DNA of 45,418 nt from Octopus bimaculoides (GCF_001194135.2 NC_068987.1:82635150-82680567); one strand, 5' to 3'. Shown: positions 9,577-22,884, counted from the stretch's first letter. Notes: a model not told the origin generated them from the letters alone. Program-made: numbers and translations.

Positions 9577-10242
9577 NNNNNNNNNNNNNNNNNNNNNNNN
9601 NNNNNNNNNNNNNNNNNNNNNNNNNNNNNNNNNNNNNNNNNNNNNNNNNNNNNNNNNNNNNNNNNNNNNNNNNNNNNNNNNNNNNNNNNNNNNNNNNNNN
9701 NNNNNNNNNNNNNNNNNNNNNNNNNNNNNNNNNNNNNNNNNNNNNNNNNNNNNNNNNNNNNNNNNNNNNNNNNNNNNNNNNNNNNNNNNNNNNNNNNNNN
9801 NNNNNNNNNNNNNNNNNNNNNNNNNNNNNNNNNNNNNNNNNNNNNNNNNNNNNNNNNNNNNNNNNNNNNNNNNNNNNNNNNNNNNNNNNNNNNNNNNNNN
9901 NNNNNNNNNNNNNNNNNNNNNNNNNNNNNNNNNNNNNNNNNNNNNNNNNNNNNNNNNNNNNNNNNNNNNNNNNNNNNNNNNNNNNNNNNNNNNNNNNNNN
10001 NNNNNNNNNNNNNNNNNNNNNNNNNNNNNNNNNNNNNNNNNNNNNNNNNNNNNNNNNNNNNNNNNNNNNNNNNNNNNNNNNNNNNNNNNNNNNNNNNNNN
10101 NNNNNNNNNNNNNNNNNNNNNNNNNNNNNNNNNNNNNNNNNNNNNNNNNNNNNNNNNNNNNNNNNNNNNNNNNNNNNNNNNNNNNNNNNNNNNNNNNNNN
10201 NNNNNNNNNNNNNNNNNNNNNNNNNNNNNNNNNNNNNNNNNN

Positions 10243-10284
<42 letters not shown>

Positions 10285-10475
10285 GCCTCCCACTATTGCC
10301 TGACAACCGATGCTGACGTGTTTACGTCCCCGTAAGTTAGCGGTTCGGCAAAAGCGATCGATAAAATAAGTACTAGGCTTACAAATAATAAGTCCTTCGG
10401 TCGATTTGTTCGACTAAAGGCCGTGCTCCAGCATGGCCGCAGTCAAATGACTGAAGCAAATAAAAAAATAAAAGC
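10243..10475 (+). mobile_element. SINE family 1, 3' half after (TG)n
   Basis: GACAACCGATGCTGACGTGTTTACGTCCCCGTAAGTTAGCGGTTCGGCAAAA...GACTGAAGCAAATAAAA. Confidence 0.88.
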
Positions 10476-10489
10476 ATATATGTTTTTTA

Positions 10490-10720
10490 TGCGCCCTTTT
10501 AAAGTCTAGCGAGGCTCATGGGCACGGTTTCCCGGTTTCTATGGCGTATGTGTTCCCCCTACCCACCTCAGCTGGACGAGACGCCAGTCCATCGCAGTTT
10601 TACTCAAGAAACTAGAAGAAAGAATGAGAGAAAGTTGGGGCGAAAGAGTACAACAGGGGTCACCACCACCCCCTGCTGGAGCCTTGCAGAGCTTTAGGTG
10701 TTTTCGCTCAATAAGCACGC
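10490..10720 (-). mobile_element. Probable SINE-like repeat with GCGATGGACTGGCGTCTCGTCCAG motif
   Basis: The motif resembles the central domain of V-SINE-type elements as recalled. Single copy in this window. Confidence 0.4.
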
Positions 10721-11157
10721 ACAACANNNNNNNNNNNNNNNNNNNNNNNNNNNNNNNNNNNNNNNNNNNNNNNNNNNNNNNNNNNNNNNNNNNNNNNNNN
10801 NNNNNNNNNNNNNNNNNNNNNNNNNNNNNNNNNNNNNNNNNNNNNNNNNNNNNNNNNNNNNNNNNNNNNNNNNNNNNNNNNNNNNNNNNNNNNNNNNNNN
10901 NNNNNNNNNNNNNNNNNNNNNNNNNNNNNNNNNNNNNNNNNNGACAGAGAGAGATAGAGTCAAATTGTATAATAATCGAATGTTGAATATAACAATAACA
11001 AAACAAGAGGACGTGCACAAGGAATGTGTTAGTTCGACGCTCATTAAAAGGACAGTTATTAACGTTTCGGATATAATTCTTTGTCAGAAAGGCAAGTGGA
11101 AAAGTCCCCCAAAAAATATTATCAACACCACGATGTAGTTACATGGCTCAAGCGTAT

Positions 11158-11331
11158 ATATAGGAGTAAGCGTGGCTGTAAAGTAAGAAGCTTGCTTCTA
11201 AATCAAATGATTCCGGGTTCAGTCCCACTGCGTGACACCTTGGACATGTGTCTTTTACAATAGTCTCGTGCCGACCAAAGCCTTGTGAGTGGTTTTGGTA
11301 GACGGAAACTGAAAGAAGCCTGTCGTACATA

Positions 11332-11380
<49 letters not shown>

Positions 11381-11545
11381 TTTGTGCCTATGTTTGTTCC
11401 TCACCACTGCTTGATGACCGACCTTGGTGTGTTTACGTTCCCGTAACTTAACTGTTCGGCAAAAGTGACCGATAGAATACGCACCAGATTTTAGAAAAAA
11501 ATAACAAGTACTGAGTTCGATTCGTTCTACTAAAGTTCTTCAAGC
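11158..11545 (+). mobile_element. SINE family 1, near full length with internal (TG)n
   Basis: Head (GTAAGAAGCTTGCTT...CCGGGTTCAGTCCCACTGCGTG), body, (TG)n and 3' half are collinear. Confidence 0.9.
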
Positions 11546-11948
11546 CATATGAATAATGAAAATGGTGAATTAAAATTACATAATTAATCTCGACTAGAGA
11601 AAGATTAGTTTAAGAATTACAACGGGACATTCAATTATGGCAAGACACCATAGTGACTGGAGAGTCAGATTTGCAGAAAAATTCTTGTTGAATGGGTTCA
11701 AAGTGCTTGTTTTTTTTTGTTTGTTTGTTTTTTCCCTGAAGACCGCAACACATCTCCAGTTCCGGAGATTGAAACCATGGTCTTGTGATCGGAATACCCT
11801 GACCACCAGGCCACGCACCTTCACAACCATATAAAGAGGGTGTCCATAAGTTACCTCTAAAATTCAGAAATAAAAAAAATAAAGGACAGCCCAGCATCGT
11901 TTATAGGAATACATAGACAAAAAAAAATAATGTTTTATTAGAAATATC

Positions 11949-12161
11949 TTTTTCTACTCTAGGCACAAGGCCCGAAATTTTGGGAGAAGAGGCCAGTCGA
12001 TTAGATCGACTCAAGTACGCAACTGGTACTTAATTTATCGACCCCGAAAGGATGAAAGGCAAAGTCGACCCCAGCGGAATTTGCACTCAGAACGTAAAGA
12101 CAGGCAAAACACCGATAAGCATTTCGCCCGGCGTGCCAACGTTTCTGCCAGCTTGACATCT
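11949..12161 (-). mobile_element. SINE family 2, full length, 18-bp TSD
   Basis: TGTTTTATTAGAAATATC at both 11931-11948 and 12162-12179. Confidence 0.93.
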
Positions 12162-12925
12162 TGTTTTATTAGAAATATCAAGACAGTTCTACGTGGACTC
12201 CATTGATTGCATTTAATAAGTAAATACAATAAATTGTAGAGATTGCAAAGATAATTTATGCACGCGCTTTTGATACTGATAAGCTATAACTTGCTACTGA
12301 GTAAGATAATCTGCCAAGATTCCTTATAAAGCAGACTAAACAAGTGAGCATTGCATGTATCTAATAGTATCTAAGTTCTTCAGCTATAGTCATGGTTATA
12401 ATTACTTCACCCAAAGTCGGCTTGAAAACTAACAGATGGCTCTGTAAAGCTTAGCTAATTGCAAACGGGCTAGAATTTTATCACTGGCTGACGGTAATTA
12501 CCCAAGGACAATATTCGTATGCAAACACGAATGTTGTGATAAAAGAATTATTCAATTAATTTAAATTAAAATTACTGTTGCAATGGTTTAAAACAAAGAG
12601 ACGACAACTCCGAATTATAAATTCATTTACATTACAATTATACATGCAATAATGAAATAAAAATATCCACTTGAGATTAATTATTAATTTAGTATGAACA
12701 TGGAGATGAAGGGTGGCAACTCCAGACATATTTCGATCATACTGGACCTCCTTAACGAAGTATAACTTTTTCAAATGTTTACCAGATTTAATGCGAGAGA
12801 ATGACTATTTAGATTTACAAGAAATGAACACGAGCTGGTAATTTAGTGTACCAAGACCGAAACTTTATCTCGCATGAGAATAATTGAATGCCGACTTTGA
12901 TGTTATTGTTATACAAGTTATATAA

Positions 12926-13140
12926 GGTGGTGAGCTGGCAGAATCGTTAGTACGCCGGACAAAATGTTTAACGGCATTTCTCCCGGCTTTACGTTCTGAG
13001 TTCAAATGCTGCTAAGATCGACTTTGTCCGTCATCCTCTCGGGGTTGATAAAATAAAGTACCAGTCAAGTACTGGAGTCGGTGTAACTGACTAGCCGACT
13101 CCCACAAAATTACAGGCCTTGTGCCTAGAGTAGAAAGGAT
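12926..13140 (+). mobile_element. SINE family 2, full length
   Basis: GGTGGTGAGCTGGCAGAATCGTTAG...CTTGTGCCTAGAGTAGAAAG. Confidence 0.9.
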
Positions 13141-13240
13141 TGCTATACAGGAGGGATAAAATCGAAGAATTCTGAATTATTTGGCCTACATAGCATTTAT
13201 TAAGCGAAAATATCAAATCTGCAACAATCAAGAGAATCGT

Positions 13241-13290
13241 TGCATGTACTCTCGACCTGCTAGAAATTGCACCCGAATCTCCCTCAAATT
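13241..13290 (+). repeat. Short interspersed repeat fragment (CTGCTAGAAAT.GCA.CC.AAT.TCCC)
   Basis: Similar segments at about 25602-25680 and 30570-30625; class unknown. Confidence 0.5.
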
Positions 13291-13399
13291 GTAACCTGGA
13301 GACATTGAATGTTATCTCAGAGATGGACCGGTATGTACCAGCTGTATGTTAAGTCCCTCCCTGCGGATGGCATGCTGAATCTATATGTGTGTGTATGAA

Positions 13400-13507
13400 G
13401 CCTGGTACTTATTTTATTGGTCTATGTTTCCAAACCGCAAGTTACGGGGACGCACACACACCAGCACCGGTTGCCAAGCGGTGGCTGGAGACAAACACAT
13501 ACACAAA

Positions 13508-13541
<34 letters not shown>

Positions 13542-13744
13542 NNNNNNNNNNNNNNNNNNNNNNNNNNNNNNNNNNNNNNNNNNNNNNNNNNNNNNNNNNN
13601 NNNNNNNNNNNNNNNNNNNNNNNNNNNNNNNNNNNNNNNNNNNNNNNNNNNNNNNNNNNNNNNNNNNNNNNNNNNNNNNNNNNNNNNNNNNNNNNNNNNN
13701 NNNNNNNNNNNNNNNNNNNNNNNNNNNNNNNNNNNNNNNNNNNN

Positions 13745-13787
<43 letters not shown>

Positions 13788-13961
13788 TATATATATGTAT
13801 TCACGACGGGCTTCTTTCAGTTTCCGTCTACCAAATCCACTAACAAGGCTTTGGTCGCCACGAGGATACAGTAAAAGACACTTGCCGAAGGGACCACGCA
13901 GTGGGACTGAACCCAGAAACACGTGGTTAGGAAGCAAACTTCTTACCACATAGTCATGCCT
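13400..13961 (-). mobile_element. SINE family 1, near full length; internal microsatellite spans a gap
   Basis: The 3' half precedes and the 5' half follows the CA/N/TA tract in the expected order. Confidence 0.88.
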
Positions 13962-14425
13962 AAGAACTTCTTAATCAGACATTTAATATTGAGAGTTGAG
14001 AAGGAGAGAAAAAGGAAAATATGATTGATGTAGATTAACTTTGGTCTAAGCTGAACTCCAAGCAGCCATGACTAACAACAGTTTACAGAAATTTAATTGC
14101 TGGTGACGAGGAAAATAATCGTTTTATTTCCGACAAAACTTCTGCATCGGTAAAACTTGTTATCAATTGAGAAGTTGATTTGTTTTACTGAGACTATTTA
14201 TTTACCATTCTATTTTATTTTTAACACGTGGCATTGTCTGTTTAACATCTATCAGTCCCACCTTTAAGCGACTTGACGAGTGTTTTATAGGTAAGACTGT
14301 GTTCATAAATTGTTAAAATGTAGGTAGTTTAAGGTTATTGAAGAATAATCATTCTCACGAACAATTTGAATCTAACAACTGAGCTAAAAGTGAACATAGA
14401 AGTGAAGTCTCTCATATGTGAGTGC

Positions 14426-14501
<76 letters not shown>

Positions 14502-15185
14502 NNNNNNNNNNNNNNNNNNNNNNNNNNNNNNNNNNNNNNNNNNNNNNNNNNNNNNNNNNNNNNNNNNNNNNNNNNNNNNNNNNNNNNNNNNNNNNNNNNN
14601 NNNNNNNNNNNNATATATATATATATATATATATATAGGTCAGTCCGCTACTACACAGCCTAATGTTGTCTATCATACAACGTGTAGGTTTTACAAATTA
14701 TTTAGAACCCGACAAAAACAATTTATCATTTACATAGAAACGCACAACACCATCCAGCCAGCAAAACGTACTCAGAACTTCTTCGACTTAATAACAGCTA
14801 TTGTTAAGTTAAGTTAAAGTCACAAACATTCTTATCGCTAATTCTGTTCGAAAATTACTGCGAATTTTGCAAAACACTATTTTCTGTCTATCAAATTTTT
14901 TACTAGTCTGCCAAGTTACAATGCTAAATAAACCCCCTTGCTGTTTGGATGATTTGAGAAACAATGGAAATATAGACACGAAATATTAATAATAGAAAAT
15001 AAAAGAAAGAAAATAAGTAGTTTGAAATCTTTTCACTGTATACGTCGTCGTGTTGGGATGGAAGTCAATATTGATTTTTACGCTTTTAGCCTGTTAAAAC
15101 TTATCCTTTGAGACAAGAATAGTCACTAGTTTTATTGCAAAAAATTTACAAAATATTTAATTAGATCTGACTTTATGCAACAAGA

Positions 15186-15396
15186 TGACGATCTGGGAGA
15201 ATCGTTAATACGTGAAACAAAGTTTTGGCAGCATTTCATTAGCTTCTTCGTTTTGAGTTCAAATTCCACCGAAGTTGGCTTTGCCTTTCATTCTTTTGAG
15301 GTCAATAAAATAAATACCAGTTAAACACTGGAGTTGATGTAACTGACTTACCGCACCAACCTCCGAAATTGCTGGCCTTGTGCCAAAACTTGAAAG
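15186..15396 (+). mobile_element. SINE family 2, degraded
   Basis: GGAGAATCGTTAATACG...GAGTTCAAATTCCACCGAAG...GCCTTGTGCCAAAACTTGAAAG. Confidence 0.8.
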
Positions 15397-15488
15397 CAAT
15401 ATTGATTTTGCGCTTTCAGTTTGTTAAAGCTTATTATTTGAGACAAGAATACAGTCACTAGTTTTATTGCAAAAAATTTACAAAATAT

Positions 15489-15713
15489 TCTTTTCAACTC
15501 TAGGTACAAGGCCCGAAATTTGGAGGGAATGGGGCAGTCGATCAGACCGACCCCAGTACGCAACTGGTACTTACTTTATCGACTCCGAAAGGACGAAAGG
15601 CAAAGTCGACCTCGGCGGAATTTGAACTCAGAACATAAAGACAGACGAAATACCGCTAAGTATTTTCGCCCAACGGGCTAACGATTCTGCCAGATCGCCA
15701 CCCTAAAAGAAAC
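15489..15713 (-). mobile_element. SINE family 2, full length, 14-bp TSD
   Basis: AATTTACAAAATAT at both 15475-15488 and 15714-15727. Confidence 0.92.
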
Positions 15714-15755
15714 AATTTACAAAATATCTAATCAGATCTAACTTTATACAGTAAG

Positions 15756-15897
15756 ATGACGAACTGGTACAATCGTTAACACAGCGGACAAAATATTTAG
15801 CAGCATTTCTTCCGGTTCCTTACATTCTGACGTCAAATACCGCGGAGGTAAATTTTGCTTTTCGTCCTTTTGGGATCGATAAAATAAAGTGCCAGTC
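15756..15897 (+). mobile_element. SINE family 2, 3'-truncated
   Basis: GAACTGGTACAATCGTTAAC...GGGATCGATAAAATAAAGTGCCAGT. Confidence 0.75.
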
Positions 15898-17031
15898 ACA
15901 GGGGTGGACCCAAGGCAGGGCCTGAGGGGCACGTGTTCCCCTCAAGAAAAGAAGTGTACCCGTCTAAATAATGTTATTACACCCTTTTCTCCTGGAATTG
16001 TATTCCCTTCTGATTTTGTGCCCTGTTTTCGAAAAATTCCTTGGACCGCACCTGAGCCAATTCATGGGGCCAATGTAACCGACTTGTTCGCTACCCCCAT
16101 AATTGTTGTCTGTGAACCCTGTAGCAATCCGGCGTCCCGTTAAATGGGAATGTTGTGTTTTCAGTCACTTACGCGCCATGGAAACAAGGTCACCGGCCTG
16201 ATGAGACCTAGGGTCCTAGAAAAATTTCCACAATACATGCTCCAATAATTACACTATCTTCCCCATCTCACATTCTCTGGTCTGAAATTGAAAGAAGACA
16301 TTGACTGGTGTATCATAGTACTGAAAATGAAAATTATGCTAAAAAAGAATTGAATACTTTTTAATAACAGCTCACAATGGAAACGTAAAAATGTGAAATG
16401 ACATTAAAGAGAAATTATATTAAAAAAAATCTAAATTCACTTTTAATAACATTTCACTATCGGAAAGAGAAATTATATTAAAAAGTCATTAATATTTATT
16501 AACATTTCAATGCTAAAAGTGGAATGATATTAAAGTGTATTTATTAGATCAGATATAATGTCCACTAATTGATTTTTTTGGCACATATTATAAAATATTT
16601 TTTATGTCCAAGAGTAAACACTATGGTTGTAAATGTCTTAGATATCGATGAATCGAATCTAGCTTAGTTCAGTGTTCAGTTCTTGTTCATCTCTTGGATG
16701 TTAAGCTTTCTTTGTTTCCAAGGGCCCGGGAACGGAGGGTGCAGGTGGTGCGCTTGCACCCCTAGAATTTTTAGGGGGTCCTTAAAGTTGCTTGAAGTTA
16801 GGTTTCTTCTCAAAACAAGAACAAACGACAAAAATAAATAAATAAAAAAAAACGTCCAACATGTTTACTGATGAAGCTGGTCATAAAAGTCCCAAGGGGA
16901 TTCTCCACAACGAAAAGCCGGTTTCTGCAAAATCCCGTCGAGGCACGGGAGCGCAGCGGAGAGCGACTCGCCCGACATCCCCGAGCCCCTCATAGTTGTC
17001 GGAGACCCCTCCCCCATACATGAGCATACAT

Positions 17032-17102
<71 letters not shown>

Positions 17103-17122
17103 CCGAAGTGTACAGTAATATA

Positions 17123-18195
17123 TCAGGTCATTAAGAGTGAAATGTCCGATTTGTTTTACACCAAGTTTGACAGTCGTTAACTCTAACGTTTTACCCTGAT
17201 AATTCTCTGTTTAACAACTCTGAAGAGTTACATCATCACATTTCGAAAGGCAGTTCATGGTGTCTGATTATATTGTGAGTTTACTCTTGTAAATCAATTA
17301 TTGTGAACCCATTGATAGATCAAAAATTCGTGTTGTTTATGAATATGAGTTCCGTCGTAGAACCAATGCATCCCAGACAGCTCGAAACATCAATGAGGTG
17401 TTTGGTAAAGATGTCGGTAATGAGCGCATTGTACGTCGGTGGTTTGAGAAGTTCCGGTCTGGTGACTTTACTCTGGAAAATCAAATCCGTGATAGACTTG
17501 AGACAAAGGTGGATAATGACGAGCTGGAAACTGTAGTGGAATCGGGAACATCTCAAACTACGCGTGAGTTAGCAGCAAAGTTTGATGTTTCAATTCCAAC
17601 TGTATTGGACCATCTGAATCAAATCGGCAAGGTATAAAAGTTGGACAGGTGGGTATCACACGAACTGAACGAGTATCAAATGACACGTCGTCTTGAAACT
17701 TGCTGTTCTTTGCTGTCACGGCATAAAAGCGAACCATTTTTGCATTGTATTGGTACGTGTGATGAAAAACGGATTCTTTTTAATAAAAGCAAGCGTTCTG
17801 CACAGTAGATGGATAGAGACGAAGTGCCAAAACAAAATCCAAAACAGAATATTCACCAAAACAAAAGCTTATGGTGTCTGTTTGGTGGTCCAGTGCTGAT
17901 GTCATCCACTACAGCTTCATGAGACCTGGTAAGTCAATTACAGCGGGTGTATACATCAACCAATTGGATGAAATGATGAGTGAATTTGCAATTAAACAAC
18001 CGAGATTAGTCAATAGAGACAGGCCAATTCTCTTGCAAAACAATACTCGACCACATATTGCTCAAAGAACACAACTCAAGTTACAGGAACTGAACTTGGA
18101 AATATTCTGTCATCCACTATATTCACCAGACCTTGCACCAACTGACTATCACCAGGCATTAGACAACATTTTCCAAGGAAAGAACTTCAAAACTG
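17123..18195 (+). mobile_element. Mariner transposon, 5' end present, 3' end missing
   Basis: TA|TCAGGTCA TIR-like start followed by a 5' UTR and a transposase remnant. Confidence 0.9.
17311..18195 (+). pseudogene. Near full-length mariner (Hsmar1/SETMAR-like) transposase pseudogene
   Basis: IRVVYEYEFRR, RRWFEKFRSGD, WVSHEL, TCDEK, MVSVWW, QNNTRPH and YSPDLAPTDYH motifs. Two stops and a frameshift; second catalytic Asp changed to Asn. Confidence 0.94.
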
Positions 18196-18336
18196 GCACC
18201 TCACATAATGTTCAATATTTGGTGTAAGATTTTCACTCTTTTCTATCCATATCTCTCTGTTTCTCCGCACCCCCCCCTTTCTTCATACTTGCTCTTCTTC
18301 AACCTTTTTTACTCCATTCTATCTATCTTCACTTTT

Positions 18337-18609
18337 TGGGTGGATTTGGTAGACGGAAACTGAAAGAAGCCTGTCGTATATATATATATATATATATATA
18401 TATCTGAGTGTATTAGTGTGTCTGTATTTGTCCCCTTACCATCGCTTGACAACCGATGGCGGCGTGTCTACGCCCACTTTTTGCTAGCGGTTCGATAAAA
18501 TAGACCGATAGAATGAGTACTAAGCTTACAAAGAATAAGTCCTGGGGTCGATTTGTTCGACCAAAGGCGGTGCTCCAGCAAATGACTGAAACAAATAAAA
18601 GAATAAAAG
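18337..18609 (+). mobile_element. SINE family 1, 5'-truncated
   Basis: GTGGATTTGGTAGACGGAAACTGAAAGAAGCCTGTCG + (TA)n + 3' half. Confidence 0.88.
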
Positions 18610-20517
18610 TATATATATATATATATTAACATAAATATTATTTATAAATTGTATATTGTGGTAATTTGTTTTTTCATCAAATTAACTTTATGTATGATCA
18701 TGATATTCCGTATAATTAGGTTAGTGCTGGTACATCTAATGTATAAGGTATTAAAAATGTAATTAGAAATAATCATGCTGTGAAAATAAAACAACATTAG
18801 TCAATGACATATTTTAATTATTCTGGTAGAAACAACTTTGAGTATGTTTCGGTATTAATAGAGCTCATCAAGAAAGCACAACCCTTATAATGTTCCCAAA
18901 TTGACGTGGAAAACCATATCCTAGATAATATTTCCTACTCTTGTTTTAATCTGTTGTATGTAGGAAAGTGAATCTTCACAAGGAACACACATTTTGATTG
19001 ACTCATAAATATACAATTGAGGTTATATTTGGTGACTTATCAGTTTGGAATTAAGTTCTCTACTAACCCTTAAAATACCCCTAGGTGCTGGTATTGGACT
19101 ATTTGTAAATACTATCAGTTCAATATCTCATTGCGTTTCACAAAGAAACAAAAGACGAAGACAGGTAGTGTAGAAAACAAACAGATGTATTAGTATAACA
19201 CTATATAATCAATAATATCAGGGTAAGAAAAGATTTTAGAAATTTTTACTACCAGTGGCCTAGCGTGCAGAAAAAAATTAGTCAATAGACTATATATTAT
19301 ATAAATACACTGTATTTATATGAATTATATATAAATTTGAAGATAAGCAACAAAAATTCAATAGGTTATAGCAGTACGTACGTTTCGTACAAGCTCCATT
19401 TATTCATGTGGTGAGAACACCACAGAATGTACAATGAAAATGTACTCCTCAGCTGCATAATGGAATTTCATTTTAGAAAGTCATTTTGAGGATGTCTGCA
19501 AAAAACAAGAGTAAGAGAAGAAAACATATCATCTCGACTATGCTGCGCGCACACACACACACACATTATTTGATTCCGACTCTAAGCGCTTCAACTTTTA
19601 AGCAATAAAGAAATGAATATAAGATCGGATGACTGGGTGAGAGAAGTCGTTGTCTTCGGTTCATTACATGTTTATTATAAAAAAAGATTACATTTGACAA
19701 AAGACGGTCCATTGAAGAACAACAGAGTTCATCAGAAAGTTCTTTTCATGCTGAGATTTGTGCAGATGAGAGAGATAGAGAGAGTGGATGAGAGAGGGGG
19801 AGTAAATGAATGGGAGTATCCCTTACCAAAGAGGTCTTTTATTTTTTAAGCCAGTAGCGATTTCGATTGTGTTGCAGTCTCTTCATACTAACAAAACTAG
19901 TTATCAAACGACATCTGATATTGAACAGCATATAACTTAACTCGTAACTGCATTTGTTCTCTGCTCTTCTACCAACCTTTTGTTTAGTTCTTATAATGGT
20001 ATTACTTTTTAAGCTCCATAGCAAATCTGATTGGACAGATCTGCGGGGAAGTCACCAGCCGAAGGTGCAGTAATTATTTGTATAGAATTTTCCGGTCGGA
20101 AAAAATTACTGTATTGAATACAAAGTATAGCCCAAATCGACTGCTGTCAAAGTCAACTTGCCTTACATCCTTTCGGGATTAATAAAAAAAGAAATACAAT
20201 TTTAGGTGCGGTGGCTCGGTGGAATTTATAAAGTATTGACTGGATGTCTTGCGTGGTACTCTGTTTCGAATCCATACATTCTTAATTCAAAACCCACCTC
20301 TTACCACTGGTAAAAGCTTACACTAATCTCAGGAGTTAGGTCTAACAAAAAGTATCAGTAACAGATTAACTAATGGAAACATAGCTTTTCTCGACAAGAT
20401 AGACAATATATATTGGAATAGATTCAGCCCTTGACGATAGCTGGCGAAAACCACGGCCTTGTTAGACTTCTTTAGCGAAGCATATTCTTGGCAGTTTGCA
20501 AGGCTAAGTGTACCCCA

Positions 20518-20750
<233 letters not shown>

Positions 20751-20890
20751 AGGCGCAAGACTGGCTCTAGGTGCTTTTATATAAAGCTATAAATATTAGA
20801 TATATATTGGATATTTGTTTCATTAACAGTTTGGCTTTGCTCCACAGTTTTGCGGTGTATAAGACACGTCCATCTTCTCAGGTACTAAGA

Positions 20891-20942
20891 ACATCTGATG
20901 ATGTAGACGTGTTCTACGTGCCCACGAAACTTTAAATCATGT
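20891..20942 (+). ncRNA. Degenerate Type I hammerhead motif (family E)
   Basis: ACAT CTGATGA T GTAGACGT gttct ACGTGCCCAC GAAAC TTTAA ATC ATGT: stem I ACAT/ATGT pairs; stems II and III are imperfect. Confidence 0.6.
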
Positions 20943-22063
20943 GGAGCTCAGTCCAAACTGATGTTGAATATAAAATTGTTTTCATCTCAATTTCTCCTAC
21001 ATGTGCTCTGTGTATCATAACTAGTAATGTTGCTACTAAGTACAGGAGTTACTTAACCACTTTACTGAGACTAGACTGGATGATGATAACCTACGTGGAG
21101 ATCTAAACTGAACAATAACAATCCTACATCTATTTGTACACACAAATAAAGAACATGTATGCGTGTGTGTGTATGTGCATATGTGCACGCGCGCGCACAC
21201 ACACATTTCTCGCCTTTATATCGGAAAAATCGTAGAGAATAGTACACATGTTACCAAGTGTCTGTTCACACGTATTATGCTGACTTAACATTATATACGT
21301 ATTGGACAATTTTCATCCACTCATTCATTTATTCATAAATGTGAAGAACATTCCAGTATTTTCTAGGAAACTCTATACATCTACATACATACATATATAT
21401 ATATATATATAAAAATATATATATTTATATGTATATATATATACATATATATAGTGTTGCTGAATAACAAATAGGGAATGCAAAGTGTGGCAAACACAAA
21501 GCTGAATCGATTTTCGTACGACTGAGCTAGTACTTTCTGAAATGTTTTATTTGGGCCATTTAATACGAAGTAAAGACAGTAAGTAGCATTGTTTTCACAA
21601 CTTTTGAGGTAACGTGTTTGTGTATGCTGCAAAACGGAAATAAATAATCAAGGAAAACACTTCAAAGGCATTTTAATAATTTATTATGCTTATACATGAA
21701 AGAAATCAATAAAACGTAAGAAATCAATAATTTATTATGCTTATACTTTTTCAGAACGATTTGCTAAGTTTCTACCCATCTGACTGCGGAAATATAGGTA
21801 TCCATGCTTAAATGATAAAAATTATATGTAAGTAATGTGTAAGTTGCTTCGTCAGCAATATTTGTCAAAGTCAGTACCAAGTTGAAGGTTATAAAAACCA
21901 TTAATCTGGGTTCTTATATCGATTTTTTTCTGTTTTTCAAGTGATGCTAATAGTTCAATGGGTAACACCTTATCCTTTTAGGATTTAGTTTGAAATTTTT
22001 ATAACCGCTTTTGTACACGTAACACATTCTAGATTGCATCTATAAAACAATGCACTTCTAATG

Positions 22064-22315
22064 CAGTGCTTCTCGATCATTTTTACCTATGGACCCTCCT
22101 TGGTTCCTATTTTACCCAGATGGTGCCTCAAAATCATTAGATGGTTTTAAAAATTCTATCATATTTTTTTGTATTTAAATATGAGGAATTGTACAAGAAA
22201 AAATTTAAATACTTTGTATAGTGTAAAAGTATAGCCAATTTATTGCAGATTTATTTAGCTACGAAATCTTATATAAACACCCAAGGGCTACATGGACCCT
22301 GGTTGAGAACCACTG
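22064..22315. mobile_element. hAT-Charlie-like MITE
   Basis: Termini CAGTGCTTCTCGA and TTGAGAACCACTG. 8-bp TSD TTCTAATG/GTCTAATA (6/8 match) fits the Charlie NTCTAGAN target preference. Confidence 0.85.
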
Positions 22316-22884
22316 GTCTAATAGGAGAGCATCTATTCCACTATTATCAACTTTACAACATTACAACTACGAGCCTACACATAGGATGTGTTTTCTTTCT
22401 GTCTCCACAATTTCAACTACAAAAACCTCTGATGGGCTTAACTGACAAGTTGCTTACCACTAACACCCAAACACATTCACGCCTGTCCGTCTTCCTTTGT
22501 TAGCTTCGCCGATAAGGAAGGAACTGATTTGAGCTGTGAAGAAAGCAAGGAGCAACACTGGACATATGGAAGAACAAATTAATGTCGAAATATCGCATCA
22601 GAATTTCAAGAAGAGGCGAATTTTAGGGTTGAAGACGAAAAGCGAATAAAAACAATTGGACACAAATAACCAATGTGGGCGGGCAACAATGAGCAAAGAT
22701 AACAACCTGGGAACATCTGTGAAAAGTGTTGCTCGCAAGAATGAGTTTCCACGTGGGACTGGCATATGAGATTCTCCGATCTTCTGCCATACTTAATGGA
22801 ATTAGTGAAACAGAGTACTGTGCCCTTGCAGAGTATACCTGCAAGTTGAAGTATCCTCTACAGAATATCCTCGCTTAATTATTT

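Noticed and set aside
12693-12769. Possible exon (YEHGDEGWQLQTYFDHTGPP or MNMEMKGGNSRHISIILDLLNE)
   Set aside because: One frame hits a stop before any donor, the other is unrecognised; cannot be distinguished from chance.
14098-14150. CTGGTGA...GGAAA/TTTCC...GACAAAAC hammerhead-like string
   Set aside because: Both core boxes are non-canonical and no stem I or stem III pairing was found.
16197-16225. CTGATGA GAC..GTC near GAAA
   Set aside because: Three extra bases precede GAAA and there is no stem I or III; more like a transposon terminal motif.
18836-18876. Minus-strand CTTT-CTTGATGA...GAAAC-ATACTC-AAAG hammerhead remnant
   Set aside because: Stem I is positioned correctly, but the core has an insertion and stems II and III do not pair; at best a very old copy.
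22623-22844. 73-aa minus-strand ORF as a host exon
   Set aside because: Two frames are open, no motif is recognisable, and such lengths occur by chance in 45 kb.
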